Counted from the stretch's first letter, positions 17,974-28,280 are shown. The stretch: 64,000 nucleotides of DNA from an uncultured Candidatus Poseidoniales archaeon (GCA_964647665.1 CAZYIX010000009.1:860-64859); one strand, 5' to 3'. The notes: generated by a model not told the origin, from the sequence alone. Numbers and translations: made by a program.

Positions 17974-19302
17974 ATGGATGCGGATAGGGTTCATGATACG
18001 TTGAGCGACCACATATTGGTTGACGGCTTTGATTTCGTAGTCGACCTTGACAAGTCTCATGGTAGCTACATCAGCAATAAGCGAGATGGAAGTGACATAC
18101 TCGACATGTTCTCATGCTTTTCCTCACTTCCTATCGGTTGGAATCACCCTGCTCTTCTCGATATTGAGGGTAAACTTGGTCGCGTTTCTGTCAACAATAT
18201 CACCAATTCGGATTTGTATTCTGTTGAGATGGCTGAGGCTGTCGACATCATCGGAAGCATCGCCAAGCCTTCCTACATGCCTCATATGTTCTTCATTGCT
18301 GGCGGCGCTCTGGGTGTAGAGAATTGTCTGAAGGCAGCAATGGACTGGAAACAACATCATCGAGAGGCCGCAGGTTTGTCTGGCAGCAATGACAAACCCC
18401 AGGTATCGATTGCCCATTTTGAAGAGGCATTTCATGGTCGATCTGGCTATACGATGTCGTTGACTAATACCGATCCAGTCAAGACAGACCGCTATGCGAA
18501 ATTCGACTGGCCGAGGATTTCCAATCCGAAAATCACCTTCCCATTAGATGCTGCTGAATCCAGTCGACTTGATGATGCTGAGGCTGCGGCACTTGACCAA
18601 CTCAGAGCCGCTGCAGACGCAGCACCGGATGAGATTGCTGGAGTAATCATCGAGCCAATCCAGGCCGAGGGTGGAGACAACCACTTCCGTGATTCTTTCA
18701 TGCGGAATTTGCAGCGAGTTACTCACGAGATTGGTGCTCTATTCATCGTCGATGAAGTTCAGACTGGAGTGGGGGGCACTGGTAAGATGTGGGCACACCA
18801 GCATGCGGAAATACAGCCGGATTTGCTTGCATTTGGCAAGAAGATGCAAGTTTGCGGAATGATGGCCGGTGAACGTTTATGCGAATTTGACGACAACGTA
18901 TTCTCAACTAGCAGCCGAATCAACAGTACTTGGGGAGGAAATTTGGTTGACTACGTTCGTTCGGCTAAGTGTCTTGAAGTCATTGAGGATGAGGGATTGG
19001 TCCAGCATGCCGAAGAGGTTGGGGCTGAACTGAAGGCTGGCCTGAGAGAGATGGCTGCTAAACACGATTTCATCAATAATGTGCGAGCGCGAGGCCTGTT
19101 TGCGGCATTCACACTACCGAATCGCTCACTACGAGACGAGTTCCGCAAGAGGTCACTAGCGAGTGGGGTACTTGTCCTCAATAGCGGCTTTGATAGCATC
19201 CGTTTGCGACCATGCCTGAATATTTCCAGTGATGAGATAAACCAAGCGCTGAATGTATTCGAATCAATAGCGAACTCAATTGCTTCCAAGATGGTCGCCT
19301 GA
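17974..19302 (+). CDS. class-III PLP-dependent aminotransferase (L-lysine 6-aminotransferase-like)
   Basis: 'FIVDEVQTGVGGTGKMWAHQH' class-III signature; N-terminal 'LVDGFDFVVDLDKSHGSYISNKRDGSDILDMFSCFSSLPIGWNHP' resembles lysine epsilon-aminotransferase. Confidence 0.7.
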   Translation: MDADRVHDTLSDHILVDGFDFVVDLDKSHGSYISNKRDGSDILDMFSCFSSLPIGWNHPALLDIEGKLGRVSVNNITNSDLYSVEMAEAVDIIGSIAKPSYMPHMFFIAGGALGVENCLKAAMDWKQHHREAAGLSGSNDKPQVSIAHFEEAFHGRSGYTMSLTNTDPVKTDRYAKFDWPRISNPKITFPLDAAESSRLDDAEAAALDQLRAAADAAPDEIAGVIIEPIQAEGGDNHFRDSFMRNLQRVTHEIGALFIVDEVQTGVGGTGKMWAHQHAEIQPDLLAFGKKMQVCGMMAGERLCEFDDNVFSTSSRINSTWGGNLVDYVRSAKCLEVIEDEGLVQHAEEVGAELKAGLREMAAKHDFINNVRARGLFAAFTLPNRSLRDEFRKRSLASGVLVLNSGFDSIRLRPCLNISSDEINQALNVFESIANSIASKMVA

Positions 19303-19864
19303 GGTGGCGGCAATGCTTGCAGAGTTGCAGTCGTTACTAGATTCAGCACCGGAACTCGATATTCGGCTACACGATGTCTACTGCCCCGCTGGTGCAGGCG
19401 ATTTAGACGAGGATTTTGCAGAATCCGTTGATGGAGTCAGCATGATGTCGGCCTGGGTTCAATGGGTGATTTCTGGTTGCGAAGGTGACGCTCCAAATGA
19501 TGACAGTGATGTGAGACATTGGGTGCACATTCGAGATGTGACAACTGCGGTCAGGATATTGGTAAATGCAGATGTCAGTGGTACATTCGATGTATGTGGT
19601 CGACGAGCATGGACGCAAGAAATGGTGCTCGATGAGATGCAGGGTTTGTGGCAACGTTGGCTGAATACTATGGGTCATAGCCACACTACTGCAAGCCTGT
19701 CTGAAGTTCCGACTCCAGCTGCAGTATCCTATACAGGAGAGCGCAGACGCCCAGACCTTGCTCCACTTCACGATGCTTTGGTCGCAGCAGGTACAGACGG
19801 TTGGAGGCCGATGACGGCAATACGCGTTGGCTTGATGGAATGCCTTGCAGTTTCAAGCGAATAG
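19280..19864 (+). pseudogene. C-terminal fragment of an NAD-dependent epimerase/dehydratase (SDR superfamily) lacking the N-terminal Rossmann domain
   Basis: 'RLHDVYCPAG' (cf. NVYGP), 'RHWVHIRDVTTAV' (cf. RDFIYVDDV), 'GTFDVCG', 'GERRRPDLAP...GWRP' align to the C-terminal half only; no upstream room for a GxxGxxG domain because the aminotransferase gene ends at 19302. Confidence 0.35.
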
Positions 19865-20854
19865 GTCGGCACCGAGAATTGGTAATAGCACAGATGCATC
19901 ACCTTCGATAGTGACCTGAGGTGCCTCAGGTCTGACCTTTCCCCAAGAGATTGCTTCTCTGAGTCTCGCCCCTGATAGGGAGCCGTCATGCTCGGGAGCA
20001 GTGGTGATGCCGACAGCCGAATCGAGCCCTCCACGATATTGATTCCACCAGATAACATGGTGCTTTGAGATGCCACCGCCAACCATCAGGGCGTGACTTT
20101 CCTTAGCGGTCCATGTCAGGTCTGAGAGGATTTGCTCATCTGCGAGGAAATCAATCATGAAATCGGGATTCTTTTGGCGATGAATGAACAACTGCGCGCC
20201 AATAGATCCATCTGAGAGGCCGGGGACAACGATGGGAATCCGGTGTTTTGCAGCCCAATAAAGTAGGCTGCTTTCATCTTCCATTCGGTCACCGAAAGCC
20301 CAGCACAACTCAACACTGCCAAAGCCGCACCAGGGATTGTCAGGGTTTGCAGCCTTGCGCTCGGTCTCGATTTCCTGCAACCAAGGCAGAACGGTTTGCT
20401 CGAGGACTTCACCGTAGGATTCGTTTGGAACTATGACGTTACCAAGACGGTTCAGCCCCTGTTCGCCCAACTCAACATCGTCTAGTTCGAATGCGCCATG
20501 AAAATAATTCTGATATGAGCGAGCGATATCATGGTCAAGAGTGCCACAGGTGGTTACAATGACGTTGAACGCTTTGCGTTTGGCAGCCTCAACAAAGAAT
20601 CCGCGTGTGCCGGTAGCACATAGGCAAGCAGGGAATGAGAGCCAGTTCAACACGCCCTCATCACCTGTCTTGGCGATAGTTCCCCTCAGAACATCACGGG
20701 CATGGGCCAACTTGGTAGCGGTGAAGCCACCAGCGCTAGCCATTTGGTCAATCAGTGAAGATACCGACGAGGCCTCGTCAAAGACGTAATCCTCGACTGG
20801 TTTGTCAAAGTCATCGGGATCTATTGTCATGGGAACGAGACGGCCAAAGGACAT
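19853..20854 (-). CDS. dys: deoxyhypusine synthase
   Basis: 'TTCGTLDHD', 'GGGISKHH', 'PGLSDGSIG' motifs; about 330 aa. Confidence 0.85.
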   Translation of the reverse strand: MSFGRLVPMTIDPDDFDKPVEDYVFDEASSVSSLIDQMASAGGFTATKLAHARDVLRGTIAKTGDEGVLNWLSFPACLCATGTRGFFVEAAKRKAFNVIVTTCGTLDHDIARSYQNYFHGAFELDDVELGEQGLNRLGNVIVPNESYGEVLEQTVLPWLQEIETERKAANPDNPWCGFGSVELCWAFGDRMEDESSLLYWAAKHRIPIVVPGLSDGSIGAQLFIHRQKNPDFMIDFLADEQILSDLTWTAKESHALMVGGGISKHHVIWWNQYRGGLDSAVGITTAPEHDGSLSGARLREAISWGKVRPEAPQVTIEGDASVLLPILGADLFA

Positions 20855-20941
20855 CCACTCTTGAATCGAGCGGTCAACCTTGTGGGTTGACTAGATGATG
20901 ACAATCCGACATGAGTTTGAGTTGACATTATCAGAATTATC

Positions 20942-23347
20942 TCAATTGGAAAGTTCATTATCTAATTGGAATATTCTATCTCGTAATGCCGCAGCTCTTT
21001 CGTAGTCGAGTCTGGCTGCTGCCTGTCGCATTTCCTTATGCAATCGCTCGATGAGTTGGACCCTTTGGTCCTCGCTTGTAACAGTGTCATCGATGTGTTG
21101 TTGCGCCACCGCTGCCCAAGCAGGCTGGCTGATATTGGTGAGTATTGACTCATCACCGGTAGCACCGCCACCTTCTTCACCCCACGAACCGGCCCCTAAG
21201 TCGAATTTCTTGATGAGGGCCTTGTCGTCTTGGCGTGAGGAGCGGCTACCTCCACCTCCGACCATCCGTTTGCCGCCTTTCACCCCCTTACCAGCAGTGC
21301 CAGCAAGCAATTGTTCAGCCTCAATACCCATTGTTGGAAGGGCTTTGCGAATTGTCTTCGGAGTAATTCCATGTGCCTTATTGTGCTCTTGTTGACGTGC
21401 GCGCCTCTCAACTGTTTGAGTTATGGAGCTCTCCATCGCTAAACTGACTTTATCGGCATACAGAATGACACGACCATTTTCGTTGCGAGAGGCGCGACCG
21501 ATGGTCTGCAATAATGACCGCTCATTTCGGAGGAATCCTTCCCGATCAGCATCAAAAATGGCTACCAAAGACACCTCAGGCAGGTCTAATCCTTCTCTCA
21601 GCAAATTGATTCCGACGATGACATCGATATGCCCGATTCGAAGTGCTTTGATTATTTCAGACCGCTCAATCGTATCGATTTCGCTGTGAAGATAATGCGC
21701 CTTGACGCCCATTCGCTGTAGGTAGTCGGCAACCTCCTCTGCGAATTTGATTGTCATCACGGTCACCAGCACGCGTTCACCCTTTGCAGTGCAGGTAGTA
21801 ATTTCATCGAGCAAATCCTGAACTTGTCCTTCAGTAGGCCTTACTTCAATGGCTGGGTCGAGCAATCCGGTTGGGCGAATTTCCATTCGTACGATGTTGT
21901 CTATCTGGCGCAGTGCATCTTTGAGTAAGGCTCTGCGCTTGGGCTCCTTCAACTCGGGTTCCACCACTCCCCCTCCTCCGCGCACATGCAGTAGGTTGTC
22001 TGGAATCGGTTGGCCAGTTACCTCACAGAGATGCCGCAATTCTCTCTCGCCAGGGGTGGCTGAAATATACAGCATCTGTGGAACTAATGATTGGAATTCA
22101 TCGATGCGGAGCGGGCGGTTATCAGCAGCACTTGGTAGTCTGAAACCGTGCTCTATTAGATTCCCCTTGCGTGAACTATCCCCGGCAAACATACCCCCTA
22201 GTTGAGGCAAGGTTACGTGGCTTTCATCCATGATGACGAGGAACTTCTCAGCGTCGTTATGGAATGCCTTTGAGCAGGCGGCCATGAAGTCTAGAAGGCA
22301 GTACGGTCGCTCTCCGGGTTGACGGCCATCAAAGTGCATGGAATAATTCTCAATCGACTTGCAGTGGCCGATTTCTCGCAATAAATCTAGGTCATAGCGT
22401 GCCTTAGTTTCCAGCCTGTGAGCCTCCAAATCCTTACCCTGTTTTTCGAACCAATCCACACGCTCTCCGAGTTCAAACTCGATATCCTCCAAGGCCTTCT
22501 CAAATCTCTCAGGCCCGGTCATGAAGAATTCCCGCGGATGAATCCATGCTTCCTCAATTTCATCTAGCGCCTCCCATGAGACTGCCTCGCAGACTTGTAT
22601 GCGGGTGATGGAGTCTAAATCAAAACGTACGCGGAGTGGGTCGTCGCGGCTCGGCATCCAAATGTCGAGTACCTCACCGCGCAATCGGCATTCGCCTCGT
22701 GTGATTTCTCCGCTGACCCGACGATACTGCAGAGCGACCAATTCGCGAACAACTTCCTGTGGGTCAACAGTCTGCCCAACCGATATACGCATATGCTGCT
22801 GAAGGAAGGTTTCGGGGGGATTGAGGCCATAGATGGCTGATACTGTTGCAACCACAACCACGTCTGGTCGAGTAACTAACGAAGCAACCGTGGAGAATCG
22901 CTCCTGCTCAATACGCTCATTCAGCGAGAGTTCCTTGTCGATGTATAGGTCGCGTTGTGGCAGGTATGCCTCAGGTTGGTAGTAATCGTAATGGGAGACG
23001 AAATATTCGACAGCATTTTCCGGGAAAAGGCTAGACATTTCCTGCCAAAGTTGTCTAGCGAGAGTCTTGTTGTGGGACAAAATCAGGGTAGGTCGATTCA
23101 ACTTCTGGATGACATGAGCCATCGCGAATGTCTTGCCTGAGCCTGTGACGCCGAGCATCACCCCTCTTGACTGCGAATTATTCAATTGGGAAATTGTCTT
23201 TTCAATTGCTTGTTGCTGGTCGCCTGCTGGTTGATATTCAGCATGCAGACGCATACAGGACACCGTCGGGTCAAGATGAGTTTGGGCAGCACCTTCTAGC
23301 GCTTTAGAGAGGTCGAACGGGTCAATCTCTGAATCCATATCAATCAC
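20942..23347 (-). CDS. uvrB: excinuclease ABC subunit B (UvrB) with a Gly-rich C-terminal insertion
   Basis: 'GDQQQAI...LGVTGSGKTF', 'NAVEYFVSHYDYYQPEAY', helicase motifs, C-terminal UVR domain 'DYERAAALRDRIFQLD'; about 100 aa of extra low-complexity G/S sequence before the UVR domain. Confidence 0.9.
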   Translation of the reverse strand: MIDMDSEIDPFDLSKALEGAAQTHLDPTVSCMRLHAEYQPAGDQQQAIEKTISQLNNSQSRGVMLGVTGSGKTFAMAHVIQKLNRPTLILSHNKTLARQLWQEMSSLFPENAVEYFVSHYDYYQPEAYLPQRDLYIDKELSLNERIEQERFSTVASLVTRPDVVVVATVSAIYGLNPPETFLQQHMRISVGQTVDPQEVVRELVALQYRRVSGEITRGECRLRGEVLDIWMPSRDDPLRVRFDLDSITRIQVCEAVSWEALDEIEEAWIHPREFFMTGPERFEKALEDIEFELGERVDWFEKQGKDLEAHRLETKARYDLDLLREIGHCKSIENYSMHFDGRQPGERPYCLLDFMAACSKAFHNDAEKFLVIMDESHVTLPQLGGMFAGDSSRKGNLIEHGFRLPSAADNRPLRIDEFQSLVPQMLYISATPGERELRHLCEVTGQPIPDNLLHVRGGGGVVEPELKEPKRRALLKDALRQIDNIVRMEIRPTGLLDPAIEVRPTEGQVQDLLDEITTCTAKGERVLVTVMTIKFAEEVADYLQRMGVKAHYLHSEIDTIERSEIIKALRIGHIDVIVGINLLREGLDLPEVSLVAIFDADREGFLRNERSLLQTIGRASRNENGRVILYADKVSLAMESSITQTVERRARQQEHNKAHGITPKTIRKALPTMGIEAEQLLAGTAGKGVKGGKRMVGGGGSRSSRQDDKALIKKFDLGAGSWGEEGGGATGDESILTNISQPAWAAVAQQHIDDTVTSEDQRVQLIERLHKEMRQAAARLDYERAAALRDRIFQLDNELSN

Positions 23348-24076
23348 TCATGGTCGATACAGGCCGCCGTTGACGTGGATGACTGAGCCGGTCATGTATC
23401 CTGAGCCGGAGTCTAGTAAAAACTCGATGACGGCAGCGACCTCATCAGCAGTTCCGAGCCGACCCATGGGAATCTCTGATTCTCGCTTTGCCCTTTTCTC
23501 AGGAGTATCTCCTGCGACAAGGTCGGTATCGATGGTTCCGGGCGCGACTACGTTGACCCGTTGCCCCTTCTTTGCAACGTCGAGCGCAAGGCTTCGAGCC
23601 CATGCGTGTAGTGCTCCCTTCGATGCGGAATAGTCCGCCCCTGTCGGCGTTCCTTTCAATCCCATTTGACTGCCGACGACTGCAATGCTTGCATCATCAG
23701 CGAGGTGTGAGCTGAGCGCTTTCCAGACTAGGAAAGCTCCGGTGAAGTTGACGCTCATCGTCTTCTCCAATTGTTCGGGTGTGAGTTCGCTAGCCCGGCT
23801 GCGAGCGTACATTGCATGATTGAGAACCAGTGCATCAACACCTTCCTTCACCCAAGGGTGGTCGGCGAGCACCATGACTTCAGCTGCATCGCCGCAATCG
23901 ACCTTGACCGCTACACAATCGCAACCTTGCGCACGGATTTCGAAAATGACGTTCTCCGCCGATTGCGAATCGGTGTTGTAGGTGATGATGAGTCGATATC
24001 CAGCATTGGCTAAGCGGCGTGTGGTGGCAGCACCAATACCTCGCCCACCACCAGTAATCAATGCTAATTTCCCCAT
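23348..24076 (-). CDS. short-chain dehydrogenase/reductase (SDR) family oxidoreductase
   Basis: 'LITGGGRGIGAA' cofactor-binding motif, 'YSASKGAL' catalytic YxxxK. Confidence 0.8.
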   Translation of the reverse strand: MGKLALITGGGRGIGAATTRRLANAGYRLIITYNTDSQSAENVIFEIRAQGCDCVAVKVDCGDAAEVMVLADHPWVKEGVDALVLNHAMYARSRASELTPEQLEKTMSVNFTGAFLVWKALSSHLADDASIAVVGSQMGLKGTPTGADYSASKGALHAWARSLALDVAKKGQRVNVVAPGTIDTDLVAGDTPEKRAKRESEIPMGRLGTADEVAAVIEFLLDSGSGYMTGSVIHVNGGLYRP

Positions 24077-24084
24077 AAAACCCC

Positions 24085-25041
24085 TCAATCTAGCATCATA
24101 TCAGACTCATACACCTTGTTGGAGAGGCTGATGAATAGCACCCAGCCAGTAGCCATCGAAGTTCGGAATAGGGTCTTCTGAAATTTACCCATCGCTTCCT
24201 CATCAACCTCGGCTGCTTCTGCCCCTTGTGTCATCACGTACAGGTTGGCTAGAGCCATAATCGCAATTGCGGGAAGCCATAGCGGATACTTTGCATGCCG
24301 AATGTTAGATACTTCGTGAATACCTGCAAAGAAGAAGCAGAATAACCACGCGAAAGTCAGCATCACACTGAGATTACGTGTTGCATTGTGGCCAAAGCGT
24401 GCTGGAAAGGAGTGTATCCCCTGTGCGCGATCATTCTCTACATCCATACGGGCATAATTCACATCGAATGCGGTAATCCACAAAGCAACTCCAAGTGATA
24501 TCAAGAAGATTTCCGGATACCACAAGAAATCGGTGTAGCCATTATGCAATCCTGTCAATGCTGGCCAACCGGTCTCAATGGCTTCGATAGCGAGCCAGGC
24601 GCCCGCGGGGGCAAGTCCTAGACAAAGCCCCAACCAGAAGTGGCACAGCCAAGTGAAGCGTTTGGTGTATGGATAAATCACGAAGACAAGCACCGGTAGC
24701 CATGCCATCTTGAGAACGACTTCGTTCAATTGCCAAGCGGCGAGCAGAAGCATTCCAAGGAATACTGCTGACAGTATCCAAGCGGTTTGCATGCTCAGCG
24801 AGCCGGAGGCGAGATGGCGACCGGCAGTCCTAGGATTGCTGGCGTCAATATCGCGATCGATGATTCGATTGAGGGCCATAGCAAGTCCTCTCGCTCCGAG
24901 CGCGGCGACTATGATCCACAGCAGTATACTCATCTCAAATTGCGGTGGGTGTCTTGCAAGTACGGTTCCGATGAAGATGAACGGGAGTGAGAATAGGGCG
25001 TGCTCGATTTTGATGAACTCAAGAATCTCTTTCACGCCCAT
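24085..25041 (-). CDS. UbiA-family aromatic prenyltransferase
   Basis: 'GARGLAMALNRIIDRDIDASN' (NxxxDxxxD prenyl-diphosphate motif), second Asp-rich motif 'ENDRAQG', 8-9 TM helices; ATG overlaps the UbiD stop. Confidence 0.75.
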   Translation of the reverse strand: MGVKEILEFIKIEHALFSLPFIFIGTVLARHPPQFEMSILLWIIVAALGARGLAMALNRIIDRDIDASNPRTAGRHLASGSLSMQTAWILSAVFLGMLLLAAWQLNEVVLKMAWLPVLVFVIYPYTKRFTWLCHFWLGLCLGLAPAGAWLAIEAIETGWPALTGLHNGYTDFLWYPEIFLISLGVALWITAFDVNYARMDVENDRAQGIHSFPARFGHNATRNLSVMLTFAWLFCFFFAGIHEVSNIRHAKYPLWLPAIAIMALANLYVMTQGAEAAEVDEEAMGKFQKTLFRTSMATGWVLFISLSNKVYESDMMLD

Positions 25042-26999
25042 CACAAACCCTCCTCGGCCATCCAAGAATCGACCTTGGCTTCGACTTCTGGGTCGTGCAA
25101 GGTCATCGCCGGCCAGCGGCGAATAGGAACTGGTCCTGTTGAGCAGGGTATCGGTGCAGTTGCATCCCAAGCTACACGAGTGCGTGTTGCATCATAATGG
25201 AGGTCGCGACTGACCTCGAATCTACAGAAAAGTTGCCACAACAAGCGGCGACGTGACCCGGGTGCATCGAGGTCAAGTTCATCATCGGTGATGAATATCC
25301 AGCGGAGATTGGAAGAATTATCCAATTGCCAAATTGATTTTTCTAATTGAGAAATATGTTTCCTCTGAGCAGCTGCAGCCTGCTCATTGGCCTCCTCCAT
25401 GCTGGATTCTGGCTTCGGGCCTGCCTCGATTTTTGTCGTGACTACCAAAATTGAGTCCCGCAGCATCCGAGCCTGCACCACGCCGGAAACCGCAGCGGCG
25501 GACTTTGCGAAGGATTCTCCTGGGCCAGTAGGGAGTTTCTCACCGAATCTTGGGTCTCGTTCAGGCGGTGTGCTGGCATCAATGAGCAATTTGCTGTGTA
25601 CATTCTCATACGGAGCAGCATGTGCCAGCGTATCTGCAACCATTCCGTCAAGAATTACCATGTCCTCGGTTATGTTCACATTCGCTGCTAGAATGTCGAG
25701 CAATGCGTCGAGGTCTTTGACCGGATGACTTTGATCGGCCGCCACGATGACCTTCAGAAACATCATCTGACCCGCGCCAAGCAATCCAAGTGCGGTTTTC
25801 CTCGCTTGACGCGGATAGCGTTGCTTCGAGGCGACTACTGCTAGATTGTGGAATCCGGTTTCAAGTGGCAGAAACAGATTGTGGACATCGCGGTGTTGGA
25901 AGCGCAGCACAGGCAGGAAGGCATCACTAATCGCCTCTCCTAGATACCCATCTTCCATTGGAGGCAAACCAACAATGGTCATTGGAACAACCGCATCTTT
26001 CCTATGGGTAATCGCCGTTACATGTAGCACTGGATAGGGTTCTGCAAGCGAATAGTATCCAAAGTGGTCGCCAAAAGGTCCCTCCAGTCTTGTCTCTCCA
26101 GGAATGGTGTATCCCTCGATTACGACGTCGCACTCAGCGGGAACGAGCAGGTCCTGAGTCAGACATTTGGTCAACTTCAGTCGCCTTCCTCCTAGCAGTC
26201 CAGCGAATTCGTATTCTGAGAGGTTATCAGGCAGTGGCGAGATGGCGCTGAACATCACTTCCGGAGGCCCCCCAAGACAGATGGCGACAGGCATTCTGCC
26301 ATCCCCGCTTCCGTCAGCAGCGGTAGCATCAGCGTGGTCAGCTCCATGTTTGTGGTGCTGCCAGTGTAATCCAATCTCCTTGGGGCCGTAGATTTGGCCT
26401 CGATACATTCCGAGATTGTGCGACCCGCTGTTGGGGTCTTTGGTTACGACTAATGGTAAGGTGATGAACGGTCCGGCATCGATTGGCCAAGTTGTTGGAA
26501 TGGGTAACTGCGAGACATCTGGCTGAGACATCCTAACTTGTTGACAGGCTCCTTTACCGACAGTTTTCGGTGCCATTGACATCCCTTTGCGGGCTATGCC
26601 AATTCCTTTCCATGGCCGTTTTCGAATACCTGCTATATCCGGCTTCATCAGAGCGACCATACGCTCGCCGATTTCTGATGGAGTATTGACTTCCAACGCG
26701 AAGTTGCAGCGCTGGCGGGTTCCGAACAGATTCATCGCCAGCGGGAATTTTGAAATTGTGCCGTCTGCCAATCGTGGTTGCTCAAACAGGACAGATGCAC
26801 CACCGTTCTTCACCAGTTTGTCAGCGATGCAACCGGCCTCAAGATGGACATCTACTGGTCGATGTATGCGAAGTAACTCACCACGAGCATCCAACGCTTC
26901 GATATAGCGTGACAGTCGGCTCCAAGCCATGCCCCGGCGAAGGGTTCCTCCTATGAAATGACGAGGCCAACGCCCATAGGGCGTCACCGACTGATTCAT
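25041..26999 (-). CDS. UbiD-family (prFMN-dependent) decarboxylase with a roughly 170-aa C-terminal extension
   Basis: 'GPFITLPLVVTKDPNSGSHNLGMYRGQIYGPKEIGLHWQHHKHGADH' UbiD core; the protein continues about 170 aa past the usual UbiD end. Confidence 0.75.
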   Translation of the reverse strand: MNQSVTPYGRWPRHFIGGTLRRGMAWSRLSRYIEALDARGELLRIHRPVDVHLEAGCIADKLVKNGGASVLFEQPRLADGTISKFPLAMNLFGTRQRCNFALEVNTPSEIGERMVALMKPDIAGIRKRPWKGIGIARKGMSMAPKTVGKGACQQVRMSQPDVSQLPIPTTWPIDAGPFITLPLVVTKDPNSGSHNLGMYRGQIYGPKEIGLHWQHHKHGADHADATAADGSGDGRMPVAICLGGPPEVMFSAISPLPDNLSEYEFAGLLGGRRLKLTKCLTQDLLVPAECDVVIEGYTIPGETRLEGPFGDHFGYYSLAEPYPVLHVTAITHRKDAVVPMTIVGLPPMEDGYLGEAISDAFLPVLRFQHRDVHNLFLPLETGFHNLAVVASKQRYPRQARKTALGLLGAGQMMFLKVIVAADQSHPVKDLDALLDILAANVNITEDMVILDGMVADTLAHAAPYENVHSKLLIDASTPPERDPRFGEKLPTGPGESFAKSAAAVSGVVQARMLRDSILVVTTKIEAGPKPESSMEEANEQAAAAQRKHISQLEKSIWQLDNSSNLRWIFITDDELDLDAPGSRRRLLWQLFCRFEVSRDLHYDATRTRVAWDATAPIPCSTGPVPIRRWPAMTLHDPEVEAKVDSWMAEEGL

Positions 27000-27023
27000 G
27001 AAGCGAGTTCACTGCCTCATCAG

Positions 27024-28265
27024 ATGATGGCGGACGATGTCACCACCTGCGACGTACTGGTCGTTGGAGCGGGTCCAGGCGGTGGATGTGCTGCCCTGCA
27101 TTCCGCTAGAGCAGGTCTCAACGTCATTCTCATCGAGGACCACCCGGAGATTGGTACCCCGGTACACTGCGGTGAATGCATTTCGGACCTTGCGGTGGCA
27201 AACCTCGAATTGAATCTGCCCGATTCGGTTATCTCTCTCAGGGTGAATGGAATCAGGGTCATCTTCCCAGACGGTACCGCCAAGCGGCTGACCGAGCACG
27301 GCTATGTCCTTGACAAGCATTTGTTTGAGCAATGGATTGCAGCCCAAGCCGTCGAGGCCGGAGCAAGTCTCCATCTTAGTCACAAATTAACCTCTATGCA
27401 ACGAATGACAGACGGCGATGGTAGATTCATCGGTTGGAGGGTCGAGGGTAAGGGAGAGAATTTCCCCATTGAGACCAAGGTGATTATGGATGCATCTGGA
27501 GTGGCCGGAGTCTGTAACAAACTGCTAGAACTAAACGAGCGACCGAAGGTCATCGCTGGGATGCAATACGAGATGCTCGACGTTCCTAATGATGGCTATA
27601 TGGACTTCTACATCTGGCCAGAATACGCCAAGAAGGGCTACCTGTGGATGATTCCTAAAAGCGATGGTCGAGCCAATGTTGGACTGGTGACCGAAGACAA
27701 GAAGGGCGCTGTGCGCGACCTTGATAGTTTCATTGAAATCACTCATTTCAAGGACCTTGAAATGGTTAATCCACCTTGGCGCCCAGATGGAATCAAGGTG
27801 CGCGGATTTGGCGGAACAATCCCCATTTCAGGCCCACTTGAGGTTACCCACGACGATGGCCTGATGTTGGTCGGTGACGCTGCCGGGTTTACATCCCCGC
27901 TGTTTGAGGGCGGTAGCCATCTTGCACTGAAGTCTGCAGTGTATGCTGCGGAAACCGCGGCAGAGGCAATACAGGCTGGAGATGTCTGTGCTGACTCACT
28001 GGCTTCCTACCCGGCGAAATGGCAGGCAGAATTCCCTCCTTACGAGAAAATTCTCAGGGGTAAGACGGCGCTGTACGCTCTCACCGATGACGAGTTATCT
28101 GTGATGGCACGCTGCTTTCCGGAGGAGATGGGTAATATGGGGGTCTCAGGTAAGGCAATGATTGGTTTCCGTTTGTTGTTCAGGCGCCCGGGATTGTTCT
28201 TCAAACGCATCGTACCAGCCATGCTTGCATTCGGATACAGTCGAGCCAAGTACTACGGCTGGTAG
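27024..28265 (+). CDS. geranylgeranyl reductase-family FAD-dependent oxidoreductase
   Basis: 'CDVLVVGAGPGGGCAALHSARAG' FAD-binding fold, 'LVGDAAGF' motif; about 410 aa. Confidence 0.75.
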   Translation: MMADDVTTCDVLVVGAGPGGGCAALHSARAGLNVILIEDHPEIGTPVHCGECISDLAVANLELNLPDSVISLRVNGIRVIFPDGTAKRLTEHGYVLDKHLFEQWIAAQAVEAGASLHLSHKLTSMQRMTDGDGRFIGWRVEGKGENFPIETKVIMDASGVAGVCNKLLELNERPKVIAGMQYEMLDVPNDGYMDFYIWPEYAKKGYLWMIPKSDGRANVGLVTEDKKGAVRDLDSFIEITHFKDLEMVNPPWRPDGIKVRGFGGTIPISGPLEVTHDDGLMLVGDAAGFTSPLFEGGSHLALKSAVYAAETAAEAIQAGDVCADSLASYPAKWQAEFPPYEKILRGKTALYALTDDELSVMARCFPEEMGNMGVSGKAMIGFRLLFRRPGLFFKRIVPAMLAFGYSRAKYYGW

Positions 28266-28280
28266 CGATGACTTAACGCT

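Noticed and set aside
21000-21400. Gly-rich roughly 100-aa insertion in UvrB, considered as a possible intein.
   Set aside because: No intein block motifs (no Cys/Ser at an N-extein junction followed by a splicing domain, no HN terminal). It is a low-complexity G/S linker placed before the UVR domain.
23165-23215. CAATTG-motif copy inside uvrB (and another inside the UbiD gene at about 25312), considered as in-frame insertions of a mobile MITE-like element.
   Set aside because: The UvrB segment containing it aligns colinearly with canonical UvrB (same spacing between GDQ and LGVTGSGKT), so nothing was inserted there. The UbiD copy lies in a non-canonical extension, so insertion there cannot be excluded.
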